The position numbers and the translations under genes were made by a program. Under the pieces are notes generated by a model that saw only the letters and a list, made by a program, of their open reading frames with translations, searched no databases and was not told where the DNA came from. A stretch of DNA of 64,000 nt, taken from positions 6,360,914 through 6,424,913 of the forward strand of contig NC_134034.1 of assembly GCF_964204645.1 (NCBI RefSeq). Direction: 5' to 3'. Shown one piece after another: positions 1 to 12,300 of this stretch (the first letter of the stretch is position 1; each line of letters starts with the position of its first letter). This DNA is from Tubulanus polymorphus. Lineage: Eukaryota; Animalia; Nemertea.

Positions 1-2234
1 AATGTCTTAAAGCATGATCTTCAAAGAAAGTGAAACATTAATTAGTCAGTTGAGGTCTAATTTCATTGGAAGATGTATTCTTTAATAAAATCTGTAAGAA
101 GTGTGTTTACCGATCTAAAGGTTGCAACCAATGTGAGGTATGTTCTGGTAATTCTAACAGTGTTACTCCATTTTCTCTTGCCAGCTCGACCAATTCAAGA
201 AAATTGTGGCTGTTATGTCCATCGGATATCAAAATCTGTGGACGAGCCGCTCCAATAGTAGGTAAAAAATTTTTCTTAAACCAAATCGTTGCAATTCCCT
301 GTTGAAATCATGAATACATGAAATTTGACAATGCTTTTCACTTCAGGAGCCTGATTCAAAATGTGACTGACAACTAATTACCTGTTTCGTCCAACCACTC
401 TCCGATACAGAAACTGTCGTACCTGCCGGTGCGTTCATTGTGTCAACTGAGAGTAATGATGCTGCCGTCTTGCCCTTAAAAATAACGTTAGGGGCCAGCA
501 TCTGCCCAGCAGCATTTCCACATGCCATGATCGTAACTGTTTCGCGATTGCCGCTGATTCGAGATTGAACATACTTGCTCCCTTTTCTGTAAATAAGAGT
601 TTTGAAAATAAAATTTTCATCGTTATAACGTTCATTCCTAAATCTGTTGTTTTATGACTGTGGTATTGAGTTTCTGTATCTGGATGATTGCTGATAGTCG
701 GAAATTAAAAATACTTCAACAACTCATTAGAATATTGCTGGGCTTAATAACTTGGGTTTGATAAGGGCTATTTATAGACCAACAGTTGAAGTATTTAAAT
801 GATAGGCTAATTTAGTTCAAAGCCTACCGTGCAACAATTTTTCCGGGGACATGAGAAAACTGAACGCCAGTTTCATCGAGATTCCAAATATGCATCGGTT
901 GAGCATTTAGCAATACTTTTGTGGCCGATCTAAAGAACATTCCAACCTTCTTAACATTCATGCACTGATGTCGGATTGCCGCAGTGCCCTCTGGCTTTCG
1001 GAGTGCAACAGTGGGGTTTCTAGTTTTAAAGCCAGCCCAGAACTGGTCACTCGGGATAATCTAAAAGTAAAATATATATACCAGTATTAATTATAAGGGA
1101 TAAACAACAACCTTTTAGTGAAAATCGTTGGCCTACCTGTTTAAATGGTGTCCCCCTTTTTAAGGCGAGATCACCCGCATATTTCAATAGATTTCCCTTT
1201 GAAAAACCGTAACCGAGGTCTGCACGGTTTTTCGCGAAATCCGCAAGTTTTGATTCATCTGCCTCAGACAGATTCGTCGGTCGACCTAGTTTCCTTCCTG
1301 CAGGAATTTTCCCACTTATTCGGTCATGTAATGTTGATTTTGGTACGCCAAAGTTTTTTGCTGCCGATAATATTGACATCCCATTCTGAACAGCCTCAAC
1401 AGCTTCACCCATTTGCACTTCTGTCCAACGCCGATACACTTTTGACATACTTAAAAATAAAAAACATTGTAAATATCATGTTGATTATAAAAATAATAAT
1501 AAAATGAATTCATTTTCTTTTATAAATAAGCCTTAATTATTTTCCTTAGTAAATATCATCACATGTTATTAGTTACAACCTGATCTCAGAATGGCATTTT
1601 CATAATTTAGGCCTACTGATAACTGTGTTATGGAGACTAGGTTATAGGCCTAGGCTCTGGGGCTAAAATGATGAATCAATTTGCATTTGTTTTCAGTATG
1701 CACTTTTTTGTGACAGTTATCTCAGAAAAAGGCCTGTTTGATGATAGACTACCGAGAAAACACACACAAATACCATCTATCCGAAATTACGTGAACGAGC
1801 CAGAATAACCGGGTATACGATATCCGAAATTATGTGTAGGCGAGCGAGTTTCTAAAAATCGCTGATATTTCATCAATGACCGTATTCCAATAGCGAATGA
1901 ATGTTTATAAACAAACTTTTTACTTCCTAGAACTTCTTAGTAGTGTTTACATAACAGCTGGCCGCGAAATGCCGTAAAAATGGGGCAATCAATAATGTAC
2001 TTACATGACCGATTTTTATCTCCTGCTTCGCTGGTTTCGTGTGCCGGGAAGAAATGCGTACTACGTCATCAAAACGGCGCGGATTTCCGTGGAATTCCCA
2101 GGAAATACCAACCTACCTCCCCTTTTTCAAATTTAAGCTCGTCCGAATAGGTATTCCCTCTACGCGACTGCTGAGAGGCCGTAGAAGAAAACTTCCGAAA
2201 TTACGTGGTCTTCCGAAATTACGTGGAGTTACCC
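1..2234 (-). mobile_element. pogo/Fot-like DNA transposon (5' half)
   Basis: Terminus read on - is TA|GGGTAACTCCACGTAATTTCGG (TA at 2235-2236). Subterminal repeats CCGAAATTACGTG occur at about 1781, 1823, 2194 and 2212. Encloses the transposase above. Confidence 0.8.
111..1448 (-). CDS. pogo/Fot-like DD35D transposase (psq-type HTH + CENP-B HTH + DDE_1), spliced, 3' end outside window
   Basis: Exons 1448-1137, 1060-828, 586-382 and 298-111 all have GT-AG boundaries and join in frame: [46 protein letters not shown]... WNLDETG... [12 protein letters not shown]... ISDGHNSH...[12 protein letters not shown]. There are 35 residues between the 2nd and 3rd catalytic Asp. No stops or frameshifts in the visible part. 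Confidence 0.9.
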
Positions 2235-2728
2235 TATATGTGTGCCACAGAGCAATCGTCCGTTCTCACTAGAGCCTAGCTGTGATGAGTGGTGTCTCGA
2301 CCTCTCGACCTCTGATCTGAAAACGCCATCTTCTAATTACTGGAGCATTATTTTGTAATTGTGAGTGTAGGCCAATGAATTTATGGCATTTGATCAGGAT
2401 TCGTGTATATTTTCGTACTTAATACAGATATAGTGTCCTTTACGCGAACCCCCTGTGCGTCCTCATTTTGCAAAATCGGATTTTACGTAAATTTCATATC
2501 ATTAATTCAGTCAGGTAGACCTAAAATGATTAACCTTAACCTGTTTTGTTTTTGTAATTTCTATATAACTATCTATATTTTGTATTTTGTATATTTCAAT
2601 TTTGTAAATCTTATTGCTAATGTTTTCATGGGTAACCGAGCCTATTGTACTAATACTTAAGGTAAAATAAGACAATTGATTTCGTCTTTAAAAATACTTT
2701 TTTCAAGAAATATCGAAATTATTCTTAC

Positions 2729-4348
2729 CTGTTTAACTTTGGGTTGATCGTCACCAAACATCTTCATCACAGCTTTTAATACTTTCTTGTAATCTTTCTT
2801 TCTCTTCCCATATATTAATACGAATACAAGAGGGATCTGTTTGATGTTTTTCCCAGATCTGACGAACGAATGAATACTAAAAAGCTTGGTAAATGGCCGC
2901 CTGACGTCCATGTACCAACGTTTGCTGCCCTTCAGAATATCGACCTGCTTCTGTGTTGCAAATACGAGGTGTCTCCTGTCATCTGAAAAAAATATTTAAT
3001 CTATGATGAAACCAGTAGAAAATACTACGATTCGCTTGATTTTTTGAAAGCCGATTATGTTCAAGTTTGTTTCAGTTATTTACTCAAATTAATGATTGAA
3101 CGAGAATGCTAATAGACCAATACTTACCGACCGAAATATCTTTCCTGAAAAACCCGTCGGCAATGAAGTCAGTTTCCAACTGAAAATGCAAATCATTCGG
3201 GTGATCGGGTCGCTGGCCTTGTCGCGCTCCTTTGCCCTGTCTCGCCAGATTTTCGGGAGCTGGAACAGAATCAATGGCCATGTTTTCGTCGGTGACCTGT
3301 TCACGCATCACCTCCTCTACGATTGCCGCAGCTGATCGAAAGACATTTTCTTTCGCCCGTTTTTTCACTTCTGTGCTAATCCTAGCAGCTACTGCGACAC
3401 CGGCGCCTAAAAGAACAAAAGTTCATTTCAATTACAATTAGGGTCAGAAAACTGCATTCATTTGTATTTTCCATTGCGTTTCAAAAACTTTCACTTTCCG
3501 TGCGCCGCCCTCAAAAAAAATCAAACTAATATGATAAATCTAATGAACTCAAGTTATCTGCCTACCTGGAGGATGATTGTGCTCCGAAAGTCTCGAGTAT
3601 TCCGTGGCATTCTGTAGGCCTATCGATCAAAGATGCTTTGCAATTTATGAGTTTATTTCTAACAGAGCACCTCCAATGAACTGTTGAATTAGTTGCACGT
3701 TTCTTTGTGTATGAGAAGCCCAGCGAATCGAACAATTTGTCTTGTCCTCTCTGCGAAGAAGATGATACCTGAAAATGGGAACATTATCATATATAAATCA
3801 AAATTATAAATCAAAATCAAAATACTCATCTTCATTCAACGTAGATATATAGATGAAGCAATTTATGAGTAATTTTGACAAAATACCTTGCTGTATGTAA
3901 TTTCTTCCTCGTCTTCGACTTCTCTGGGTACAGGGTCTCTGATCGAAGATTCATCAAAATCCATTGGCTCTTCAACCCCTCTGGGTACAGGGTCCCTGAT
4001 CGAAGATTCATCGAAATCCATCAGTTCTAATATCGATGGTTCTCGTACTGGTGGAAAGGCATCATCAGTTGACAAGCGAAGGCTCGCCCTCTGGGCGGCT
4101 CCAGTCCCCAATGATAACCGTGTACTTTCTGCCTGGGGAATCGCTGGCAAAGTCCCCTGTAGACGGCAAGGAATGCACTTTCACGGAATGTCCTTGCCAC
4201 TTTTCACTGCTTCCCTGTACGTTTCTCGGGTGATTCCAGTCTTGCAGATTCTGTGCTGCCATTTCCCGCAATCGTCGCACAATATACCCTCTTGCCTTGG
4301 TCTGACTTCCTTCTCGCAAGAAATACATGTAGAATCTCTGGAGGCCAT
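2729..4348 (-). pseudogene. PHD-FLYWCH-MULE transposase pseudogene (Phantom-like Mutator)
   Basis: Exon 4348-3887 encodes a PHD finger (CISC..CDDC..WQHRIC..*KCIPC) with TGA at 4181-4183. Exon 3768-3566 is FLYWCH-like (WRC..C..HNH) with a +1 frameshift. Exon 3406-3128 follows. Exon 2982-2729 is the MULE N-terminal part, where WYMD-VRRPF lacks the usual GTFK after the first Asp. Truncated downstream. Confidence 0.85.
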
Positions 4349-5629
4349 AATAATCGCTGTTCTCAAGTCGTTGTTATCGCTTTAGCAAAATGCTGGATAG
4401 TGATGACCCACAGAAAAATCAAGGGGTTTATATACTTCTGCAGTTCCAATGGCAAACTAATTAGTCAGGATCAATCAAAATTCCAATCTACTCACCAAAC
4501 AGATCAGTTTCTTTCTTAATTAATGATTAGTTCGATTAATAATTAGTTCTGATTACCGTTCATCCGTTCACGCATATGGAACAAAACTTGAATAGATTGA
4601 ATTCATTTCATAATTTCATGATTTTATTTTGAACGTTTCAAGGATGCTTGCGCTATAGGAGCTAAAGTTAAAGCTTTGAACCAAAATAAACCATTTAATG
4701 TTTAAATGTCGGGCCACCATCCGGTCTTCAGATATTGTATATTTAATGATACAAGACATCAAGAGTAAGAAATGATCAAAACTAAACCAAAATCGAACTG
4801 GATCAGGACAAAAATGACACATTTCTTTTGTTGCCAGTCATGAAATTACGTAAGAAATACCAAAAACACAAAATAATGACGGCCGAGTGACCAATTATAC
4901 ATACACACACAAAAGTGAATCCATATGGCCGAAAATAATACCGTTCTTCCTATGGCAAGTGATTTTTGGTTCAGATAAAGAAAGGAGATTAGAGAGCAAA
5001 TAAAGAATAAGGAACGGGAAAGTTAACGAACGTTTTGTTCCTTTATTAGAGATTAATGTAACGATCAGTACCGTAATAAAAAGTTTACTGACATTCAAAA
5101 TGTTCAATCCCACCATGAGGTTTAACAAAAAGTTGTCAGTTTAATTATAATAATAATAAATAAGTCTTGATGGTGTAGGTATGCTATAAAAACAGTTCAG
5201 ATGCCTCAAGTAAATTATTCCTCTAGTGATTATAACATGAACGCCTTTATCATAGATTACACGTCCATGATTTTATAATTGACTACTAGTTGTCAGTACC
5301 GCTCTGCCCTCTGAGTAAGTGCTGACTACTTTTCTACAATCTCATTCGTTCACCTGTGTTTGTTGATTTAAGAAACAATGTGAATTAGTCCAAGCTAACT
5401 GAAATCAATCATAACAACTAACTAATTACATAATTTCCTGATTTAAGAAACAATGTATATAAATTAGTTCTCCAAGCGAACTGAAATCAATCACAACAAC
5501 TAACAAACTAACAATTAATTCCTTTGACGTTATAATAATGATTAAGTTTATTTTCAAAAGAAATTAACAAAATGCAAAAATATCACGTTAAGATTTTCTT
5601 CCAATAGATGACAAAATTTTGTCCGTATT

Positions 5630-5717
5630 ATACATCCTCCCCCGGCAGGGATTCGAACCTGAAGCATCGCTAATCTCGATGTCATCAGGTACGAATCCCT
5701 GCCGTGGGAGGATGCAT
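5630..5717. repeat. ~88-bp hairpin made of two inverted Pol III B-box-containing arms
   Basis: ATACATCCTCCCCCGGCAGGGATTCGAACCTGA...TCAGGTACGAATCCCTGCCGTGGGAGGATGCAT. The arms are reverse complements. Confidence 0.7.
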
Positions 5718-5954
5718 TAAACAAAATCCGAATTATGTTCTCCCATTTGATCCGAATTAAACGAGTTATACTGCAGTACATTACTAATAATGCACAGATC
5801 TCTATATTTAAACAACGCGGGAAATGGGCCGACTTGGTGGGCCGAGTTGGTTGGGACGAGTGGGACGAGTTGGCAGTGGGCCGACTTGACCGTACTCCCC
5901 GCAGAGTACGCGAGTTTTGTACCGTCTGGTTTGTCTGCACTCTGAGTTTGCTAG

Positions 5955-6770
5955 CATTATGAGTTTTCCGGTTTGCTCGGCTACCCGTACTGGCGGGGTA
6001 GTCTAGAGAGGCCAATGAAAACTCCGGTTTGCTAAACCACCCCTCTTTGCGGGGATGCGGTATGATGTTTGATCTGACAGTTTCATGTGGTTAATGGCTG
6101 TTTCAAGTGCTTACAACGATGCTTATTACTTCGTGGTACATGGTGGTTTAAAAAAAGATTTCATAATAATACGCTCACCGCGTGGGCTTCGTGGAAAGAC
6201 CACTACCTGTGACCTTCCCAAATTTTAATTGTCCTGTCCGATTTGGTTTCATCCAATTCAGAGACTGCCTTTTCCAGTTAGGGCATTTTTGGATCACGTC
6301 ACTCCAGGAAAGGACTTAACGCTTTTGGGCCCCTTCGTCGGTTCCACATGTTTCATTTGAGCTATAGACCACAATGGTGACACCATGATGGTCAGTAACT
6401 GACCAATTGAGATATCCCCGAGTCTGAACACTTGACTTCGAATTTCGGAAATTTATCATGTAATGTTTGTTTTCAAACTACTAAGGAATCATCATTGCAA
6501 ATTCATCACTGACCATCACTGACCACCAATGACCAATTCAAACTTCTCGAATATGAAAACGATATACCGCGTTATGGTGTCAAACTAGAAAGGATTCGCC
6601 ATTGAAAATTCATAAATTGACCATCACTGACCACCACTGACCAATTGCAACTTCTTGAAAGAACGATATACCGGTACCGCATTTGGTGTGAAACTAGAAA
6701 GGATTCGCCATTAAATTTCATAAATTGACCATCACTGACCACCACTGCCCAAGTGAAACTTCTCAAATAT
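5955..6770 (+). mobile_element. CATTATGAG-family element, subfamily 2
   Basis: 5955-6368 is nearly identical to 63586-64000. Starts CATTATGAGTTTTCCGGTTTGCT followed by a hairpin. Internal ~110-bp tandem units with GACCATCACTGACCACC occur at about 6500-6770. Confidence 0.75.
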
Positions 6771-9735
6771 CGTGGTCGAATTCGAAAGTGCTTGTCGTCG
6801 TATTGCTATTTCTAGAAACCAGCAGAAAGTTTTGCTACTGTTTTTGAATGGCGTTGACATGATGGAAATTTATTATCCATAAATGGGTTACACATCTGGA
6901 TCACAGCACCTCACTTGCCGCAGTGCGTTATTTTCACTGCATAGTAATGCTAATACATAAACTTTTTTACTACTTGACTCGAATCATCTGAACAGTACTG
7001 CGTTTGAAAACTCAACGAATAGAAAATGTTTGCGGGAAGCGCCTACAAATAAGTTATAATAAGAGTAATTAATCGATGCATGAAAAACAATTAAATCACA
7101 AGGTGACTAACACCCTCTTTCAACCAATCTGCGCGATACTAATTAATTAAATCATTAAACGCATTTGGGTTCCTAATATTTGAAATCATGTGATACAATA
7201 GTTGTTCTTTAGACTTGGCCACTTACATTTCAGAAAACCGCGTACTAGACCAGTGATCACCGAGGCAATAACCATTCCTTCAAGTTATGAAAATTCGATG
7301 GTAACGCGGATTCTTCGCCTCTAAAAACTGTTTCGTTAATAGTTTTCTTTATATGAAAAGTGTTCATAGGAATTGAAATTTGGAGCGATATCAGTCACAG
7401 CTGTAACCCTTTTTCATTGTCAGTTCTTTTTTGGAATTCAAGTAGATTAGTGAAAATATCAATGATGAAGTTCACTTATTATATCAAGTACCGTTTTTAC
7501 TGTCGCATGCGAGTCGAAACAAAAAGATCTATCCAACTGCATATCTTCGGGTATAAACTGTGATATCCTTCAGTATGTTATGAATATCTTTAAAAATTTG
7601 TGTTCTAGTATAATACCCGAAGGTTTAACTATCGGACACATAAAAGATTCGCCATAATCAAAGTTTTTAAGAAAATCTTTCTTCGAGAAAGAAAGATCTT
7701 TAAAAGAACGATTGGCGTCAAACTAATCCATAATGGACTGTTGTGAATTTATTGAATAATCCACCTGAGAAATTTAAAGATTTCGAAGCGAAATTTATTC
7801 ATATAAATCAAAAATGCATGAATAACTTGACGTTATTTGCGGGTCTCATGAAACACTTTCGTGCGCTCTTTTTAAATCTAAAATAGCATAAATACATGCG
7901 TGTTTCGTTATAAACAAGGTTTAATTCCAAACGCACATGAAATATGGAGCCTGCATCACACGATATACACATCTTGAATTTTCTCTAACTACGTAGGCCC
8001 TTTCCAAATGGGAATTGTTCAGTTTTTTAACGGCCGACATTCAGAGGCACCTAAAAAAACCGGTTGTATAGCACTTGAGATTTTCAGTGTAGGGCACATC
8101 TCACATCGACTCGGCTCGCGGTCGGTGGTTTAATGGGAACACAACTGGTTGTTACTAGTTTAACAGTTGACGAATTCAGAAAACTTTTTTCAAATGTCTT
8201 TGATAACTTTTTAAACATAGTATTCTTCTTAGTTACATTTCGCTGATTCCATAGATATTTTTTCATGAAAATTGCTCCAGTTATAACGGATTTAAACATA
8301 CATGTAAAATGATTATTTTCAAAATATTCTATTTTCTCCGATTTTGAAGAAATTCTGACACAATATCATCTCCACTCGACACATGATTTTACTTCGGCGC
8401 CTTTGAAGGGAGTGTCACTTGTTGTTGAGTTCATATTTAGTCAAACAAGAAGATATGCCTGATTCCTTTTTAGAATTTAGATTTCGACGGATATCATCAA
8501 ATTACTAGAAAGGGACAGCAGCTTTCGGTCATCCGCAAAAAAATACCTAGAATGCTCTCCTAGGGTTATGGAAAAACATGTCACGAAACATACAGAAAAT
8601 CCTTTGTTTGGTAGACTGAAATTATTGAACTCTTAAATAGCAACATTCAGAGAAACAAAAACATAAGAATATATTCTCGCCCACCCTTTAAAAAAACAAC
8701 GTGATTTCAATTGAAGATGACACGTAGCCTCATATCAAATGATATGAACGCAACAGAGCCTATTCATTCTCTTTACGAGGATGGGTCTCCACATTCATAG
8801 GATACGATACGAGATTCGTGGGTACGAATGATGAATACAACTGATAAAGCGCCAATTTCACTGATTCTTGCACATAAAGGTGTTTTAGAGTAATCTAGTT
8901 AACAGGTGTGTTTTAGGAGTATTTTGAATTTAAATTCAAATCGGGGTTCATGACGAACATTGAGCATTCTAGGGCTGGAGCAAGAAACGTGTGGGATCGT
9001 CCGCCAATGGTATCGCCAAAGAAATAATAAGGAGCCAGTCCGTGGTGGCTATTGAAAGCAACGACCGCATGTGAATGCATTGATTGAATGACATCTCAAA
9101 AATCAGATTATATAAAATTGAACATGATATATGGATAGGTTATTCCATATACTGGTAAAAATGATGCCAAATATGTGATATTAATGTTCAATTAAAAAGT
9201 AGAAACCGAATCCATAATTCAGTCTGGTATTGTTATAACATCAAACACTCAAATTTAATCCTTTGTTAGATTGGTAGCCAGTGTAGATGAGCAAGAATAG
9301 TGGTCCCTAATTTTAATGTGGACTGTTCAACAAGTTGGAGTTTGTGTAGAGATGAATGAGTTTAAAATGGAGTGGAATTTAGATAATACTGTTTGAATGT
9401 CTATTACTCAATCTTTTTATTGATCATAAAAAATTGTGGTAAAATATTTGACTCTAGGGTTGGTTTTAGATTGTATCTCTCCACGCCAGAGGTAATCACG
9501 GATATTGGACTACACAAAATTCCTTGTGTACAGCTCAACTTTTTAAATCCCTGGAAAAGCTCGCCACGGATATATCTCAGTAATGATTAATTTTCCCACA
9601 AATTCTCCCCTTCGAAAAACCTAAACAACCAATGTAAGTTTGCCAATGCACTATTGTTACCTTTTCTAGCTATTTGCACTAGCTGTTTGTAGCAAATAGA
9701 TTGCATCCTCTATTATAGGAGTAAAGGATACAGCT

Positions 9736-10060
9736 CTGGGACCCGTTTCTCAAAAGATAGTTTAAATTAACCATCATCCAATATGATACATGACTAAATA
9801 CACTGAAAAAGATCAACTATGTACACATTTCAAATTTCAAACCATGTTTTATCATTAGAAAATTACGACACAACGTTCGATCTCTCACTAGAGATAATCT
9901 TTTTGAATTTGTGCACTGATTTTTCGTATCGTATTATCGTATTTTCAATTCTCTGCTTTTGAGTCAACAAGTACAAAGTTATTTTAGCAATGAAAATTTA
10001 ATTGTCATTATAAATGTAAACTATCCACTGGTAAACTTACTAACTTTTGGCAACTGACCT
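9736..10060. mobile_element. Degenerate short Harbinger-like MITE (family of 18149-18278)
   Basis: Ends GGGACCCGTTTCTCAAAAG.. and ..AACTTTTGGCAACTGACC. Shares TAACCATC and CTATCCACT motifs with the 18149 copy. Confidence 0.4.
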
Positions 10061-10786
10061 TAGATCGTGGAATGGTCTCAGGCGGCCTGCTGATCCACTC
10101 TTTATTTATACTACTAAAGAAATATACAGTATAAGACGTAAAAAGTATATGAACATATTATTTATCTTTATGTCGCGATAATTCGTGTACGTATGATTGA
10201 AAAACGATATTCTATCGAATCTCATGGTACTTATGATTATTGTGTATAGAATCAATAATTAGCAACCGTCCACGGATACGAAGCGGCCTAAGTTTACATC
10301 CTACCAAAATTATCTTCGAAACTCTCAGCATTATTTCAAGGGTCGGTCTTAGAAAATTTATGAAGGACGTGTTCACAGGTTAACGAGGCCAAAAATCTTC
10401 CCCAAAATTTCAAATTTTTACAAGCAAAGATAATATACTTCATGCTTTTGGTGCAGAAAAAAATACATGTACACAAAATGCAAATTGAGTTTTCAAAGTA
10501 AACGATTGAGTGAGGAATTGTTTCGAATTCAAGGTTTTCCCATTAACACTCCGGTATTTTTCAATAAGATAAGTCAAACTATTGTTGTGATGGCCAGTTG
10601 AATACTTCATCATTATATTGAAAGATATGTTATACTTAATGCATCCTTTCTTAGGCCTTACAGCTTTCTCTATTGGTTAGCGTTGTGATCACTCAAAATT
10701 AACCATAAGTTTGAATTCTCACTGACCTACAACATCTCTATAACAAAAATATATTTCATATCAGGCAATTAGCTTTTATCTGTGCT

Positions 10787-11818
10787 CAGTGGACAGCAGC
10801 TACGAAACATTTCAAACTACTACATTATCATTCCATCTATTCATGTATATATAATATGATATGATATCTTCTTTGTTCAGTTTAAAAGTCTTGATCGTAA
10901 AAGTTTGACAAGTCTCGCATGTTGGTACCGATACGCACGTTCACGCGAGTGAAATGTGCACGTTACAGGCTCAAATGTGCACGTTACAATTACAAATGGA
11001 AACGTTGTTCGTTCAAAACCCTACGTAAAAATCTTATGCATTTTAGCGGAATTTCAAAGTTAGCTCGCTACCTACAACAAAAATCGGACAAGACTTTTTC
11101 AAGCGACAAATTTAAATATAAGAGTTAGTAGTACTAACGAAGGATTCACTAAACATATAAATTACTTATGGGGGTTCTGGTTAGCACTGGTAACTGGTCT
11201 GTACTGGTCAAGCATTGGTCAGTTAAACAATTCTTAGATTAATGCCCACATCATATCTAGTTATTTGACACCAAACAACTTAATTGTTTGCAAACAAATA
11301 ATTTACTATATGGTCAGTACTGGTCATGCATTGGTCAGTTAAAAGACCATGGTCCACGCCACATTTGATACCAAACATGATTGGATTGTGTCGTTTCGAA
11401 AATTTATCTGTTGGGCAATTTGTGGTCAGCCCTGGTTCGTTAGGTTCTTATTTTGCGGGCATTTTTTCTCGAACCACCGAAGGACAGAATCACTAATTAA
11501 TTCACCAGATCGTTAATTGCTTAAAATGAAGATTAGTGTTTAACTAATAGTCCTTGTCTGAACAAAATGTCTCTGGTATGGGTCCTATGGAATCATGTCC
11601 TTAACTGTACACCGTACTGTATCTTTGTACTGTATCTTTTTATGTTCACTACCATCGTAATTGACTATGATGTTTTCAAGTGGTCTTAAGTACCGCTAAT
11701 AGCCGAAAGTCGTTGATTTATGTGAAATTTACATACAGCGCCACCCGTTGATAGTAAAACTAACCCGAGCAATACGGGTGTTAAATAGATACGCTAGCAA
11801 ACCGGCATTCTCATAATG
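10787..11818 (-). mobile_element. CATTATGAG-family element, subfamily 1 (upstream of SARNP)
   Basis: Reverse complement aligns end-to-end with 62198-63585, for example the ORF-track peptides at 10919-11128 and 63188-63421. Terminus CATTATGAGAATGCCGGTTTGCT followed by an ACCCG..CGGGT hairpin. Confidence 0.8.
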
Positions 11819-11985
11819 AGCACCCAGCGAGTCATCATGTGACATTATTTTCCGAAGATACAAGAGCTAGTAGAAACGCTGTTATACATACACCCTGTCA
11901 CACATCTATGACATAAATTATGTTTGATAATTATGGGGTATTGAAAATATATGTCATTTAATTCTGAAAAAAAAAAATTTCCTCC

Positions 11986-12039
11986 TAGACTGGTTACCGG
12001 TCTCCATCTTCAATTATAATGGGACAGGCAACCAGTCTA
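11986..12039. repeat. 54-bp TA-flanked mini-hairpin element in SARNP promoter
   Basis: TAGACTGGTTACCGGTCTCCATCTTCAATTATAATGGGACAGGCAACCAGTCTA, 52/54 identical to 61924-61977. Confidence 0.85.
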
Positions 12040-12099
12040 AACATCCTCCAAAGGCGTACTCTTTTATGACCTCCGAAGTCTCCGTCAGAAATCTCCGGT

Positions 12100-12300
12100 T
12101 GGCTCCACACAAAATCCGAATCACACCACCTCGACAGAAAGGAGGTTTCGGAGACTCCAAAAAGTCACGTGACCAATAAAAGAGTACGATTGGAGGCAAA
12201 CGGATTCTCCGATCTGATAAAACAGTTCGCCCCAAGTCACCGATTTCTTCGTAAATTTAGTCCGTTGCCTTAGTCCGAGACCCGCATTCAATATGGCGAC
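12100..12300 (+). promoter_or_regulatory. SARNP proximal promoter
   Basis: CpG-richer stretch with palindromic E-box GTCACGTGAC (12164-12173) abutting CCAAT, a reverse CCAAT (ATTGG at about 12189), and a YY1-like AATATGGCG overlapping the start codon. Confidence 0.55.

Larger units (their letters stand above)
2660..5898 (-). mobile_element. Phantom/MULE element, truncated; 5' terminus with subterminal repeats
   Basis: 5820-5898 carries tandem GGGCCGA(C/G)TTG / GGGACGAGT(T/G)G motifs ending ...TTGACCGTACTCC, a foldback-like terminus of the kind seen in FLYWCH-MULE elements. It lies upstream of the pseudogene. Confidence 0.6.

Noticed and set aside
2238-2660. Possible solo LTR or promoter (TGT start, CGCCATCTT motif)
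   Set aside because: No second copy, PBS/PPT, TSD or open frame to support it.
3615-3622. Clean 6-bp scar as sole cause of the FLYWCH frameshift
   Set aside because: Removing 6 bp does not restore the frame (7 or 10 bp is needed), so it is only circumstantial support.
4181-4183. In-frame TGA as selenocysteine or readthrough
   Set aside because: It falls at the conserved PHD Trp position (TGG to TGA) in an element with other lesions.
3888-4385. 165-aa ORF on +
   Set aside because: Antisense shadow of the PHD exon of the MULE pseudogene.
7227-7320. Exon-like segment on - with good AG and GTAAGT sites
   Set aside because: Stops in all three frames and no linked exons or homology recognised.
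8340-8640. Short open frames in unique sequence
   Set aside because: No recognisable domain or consistent splice structure.
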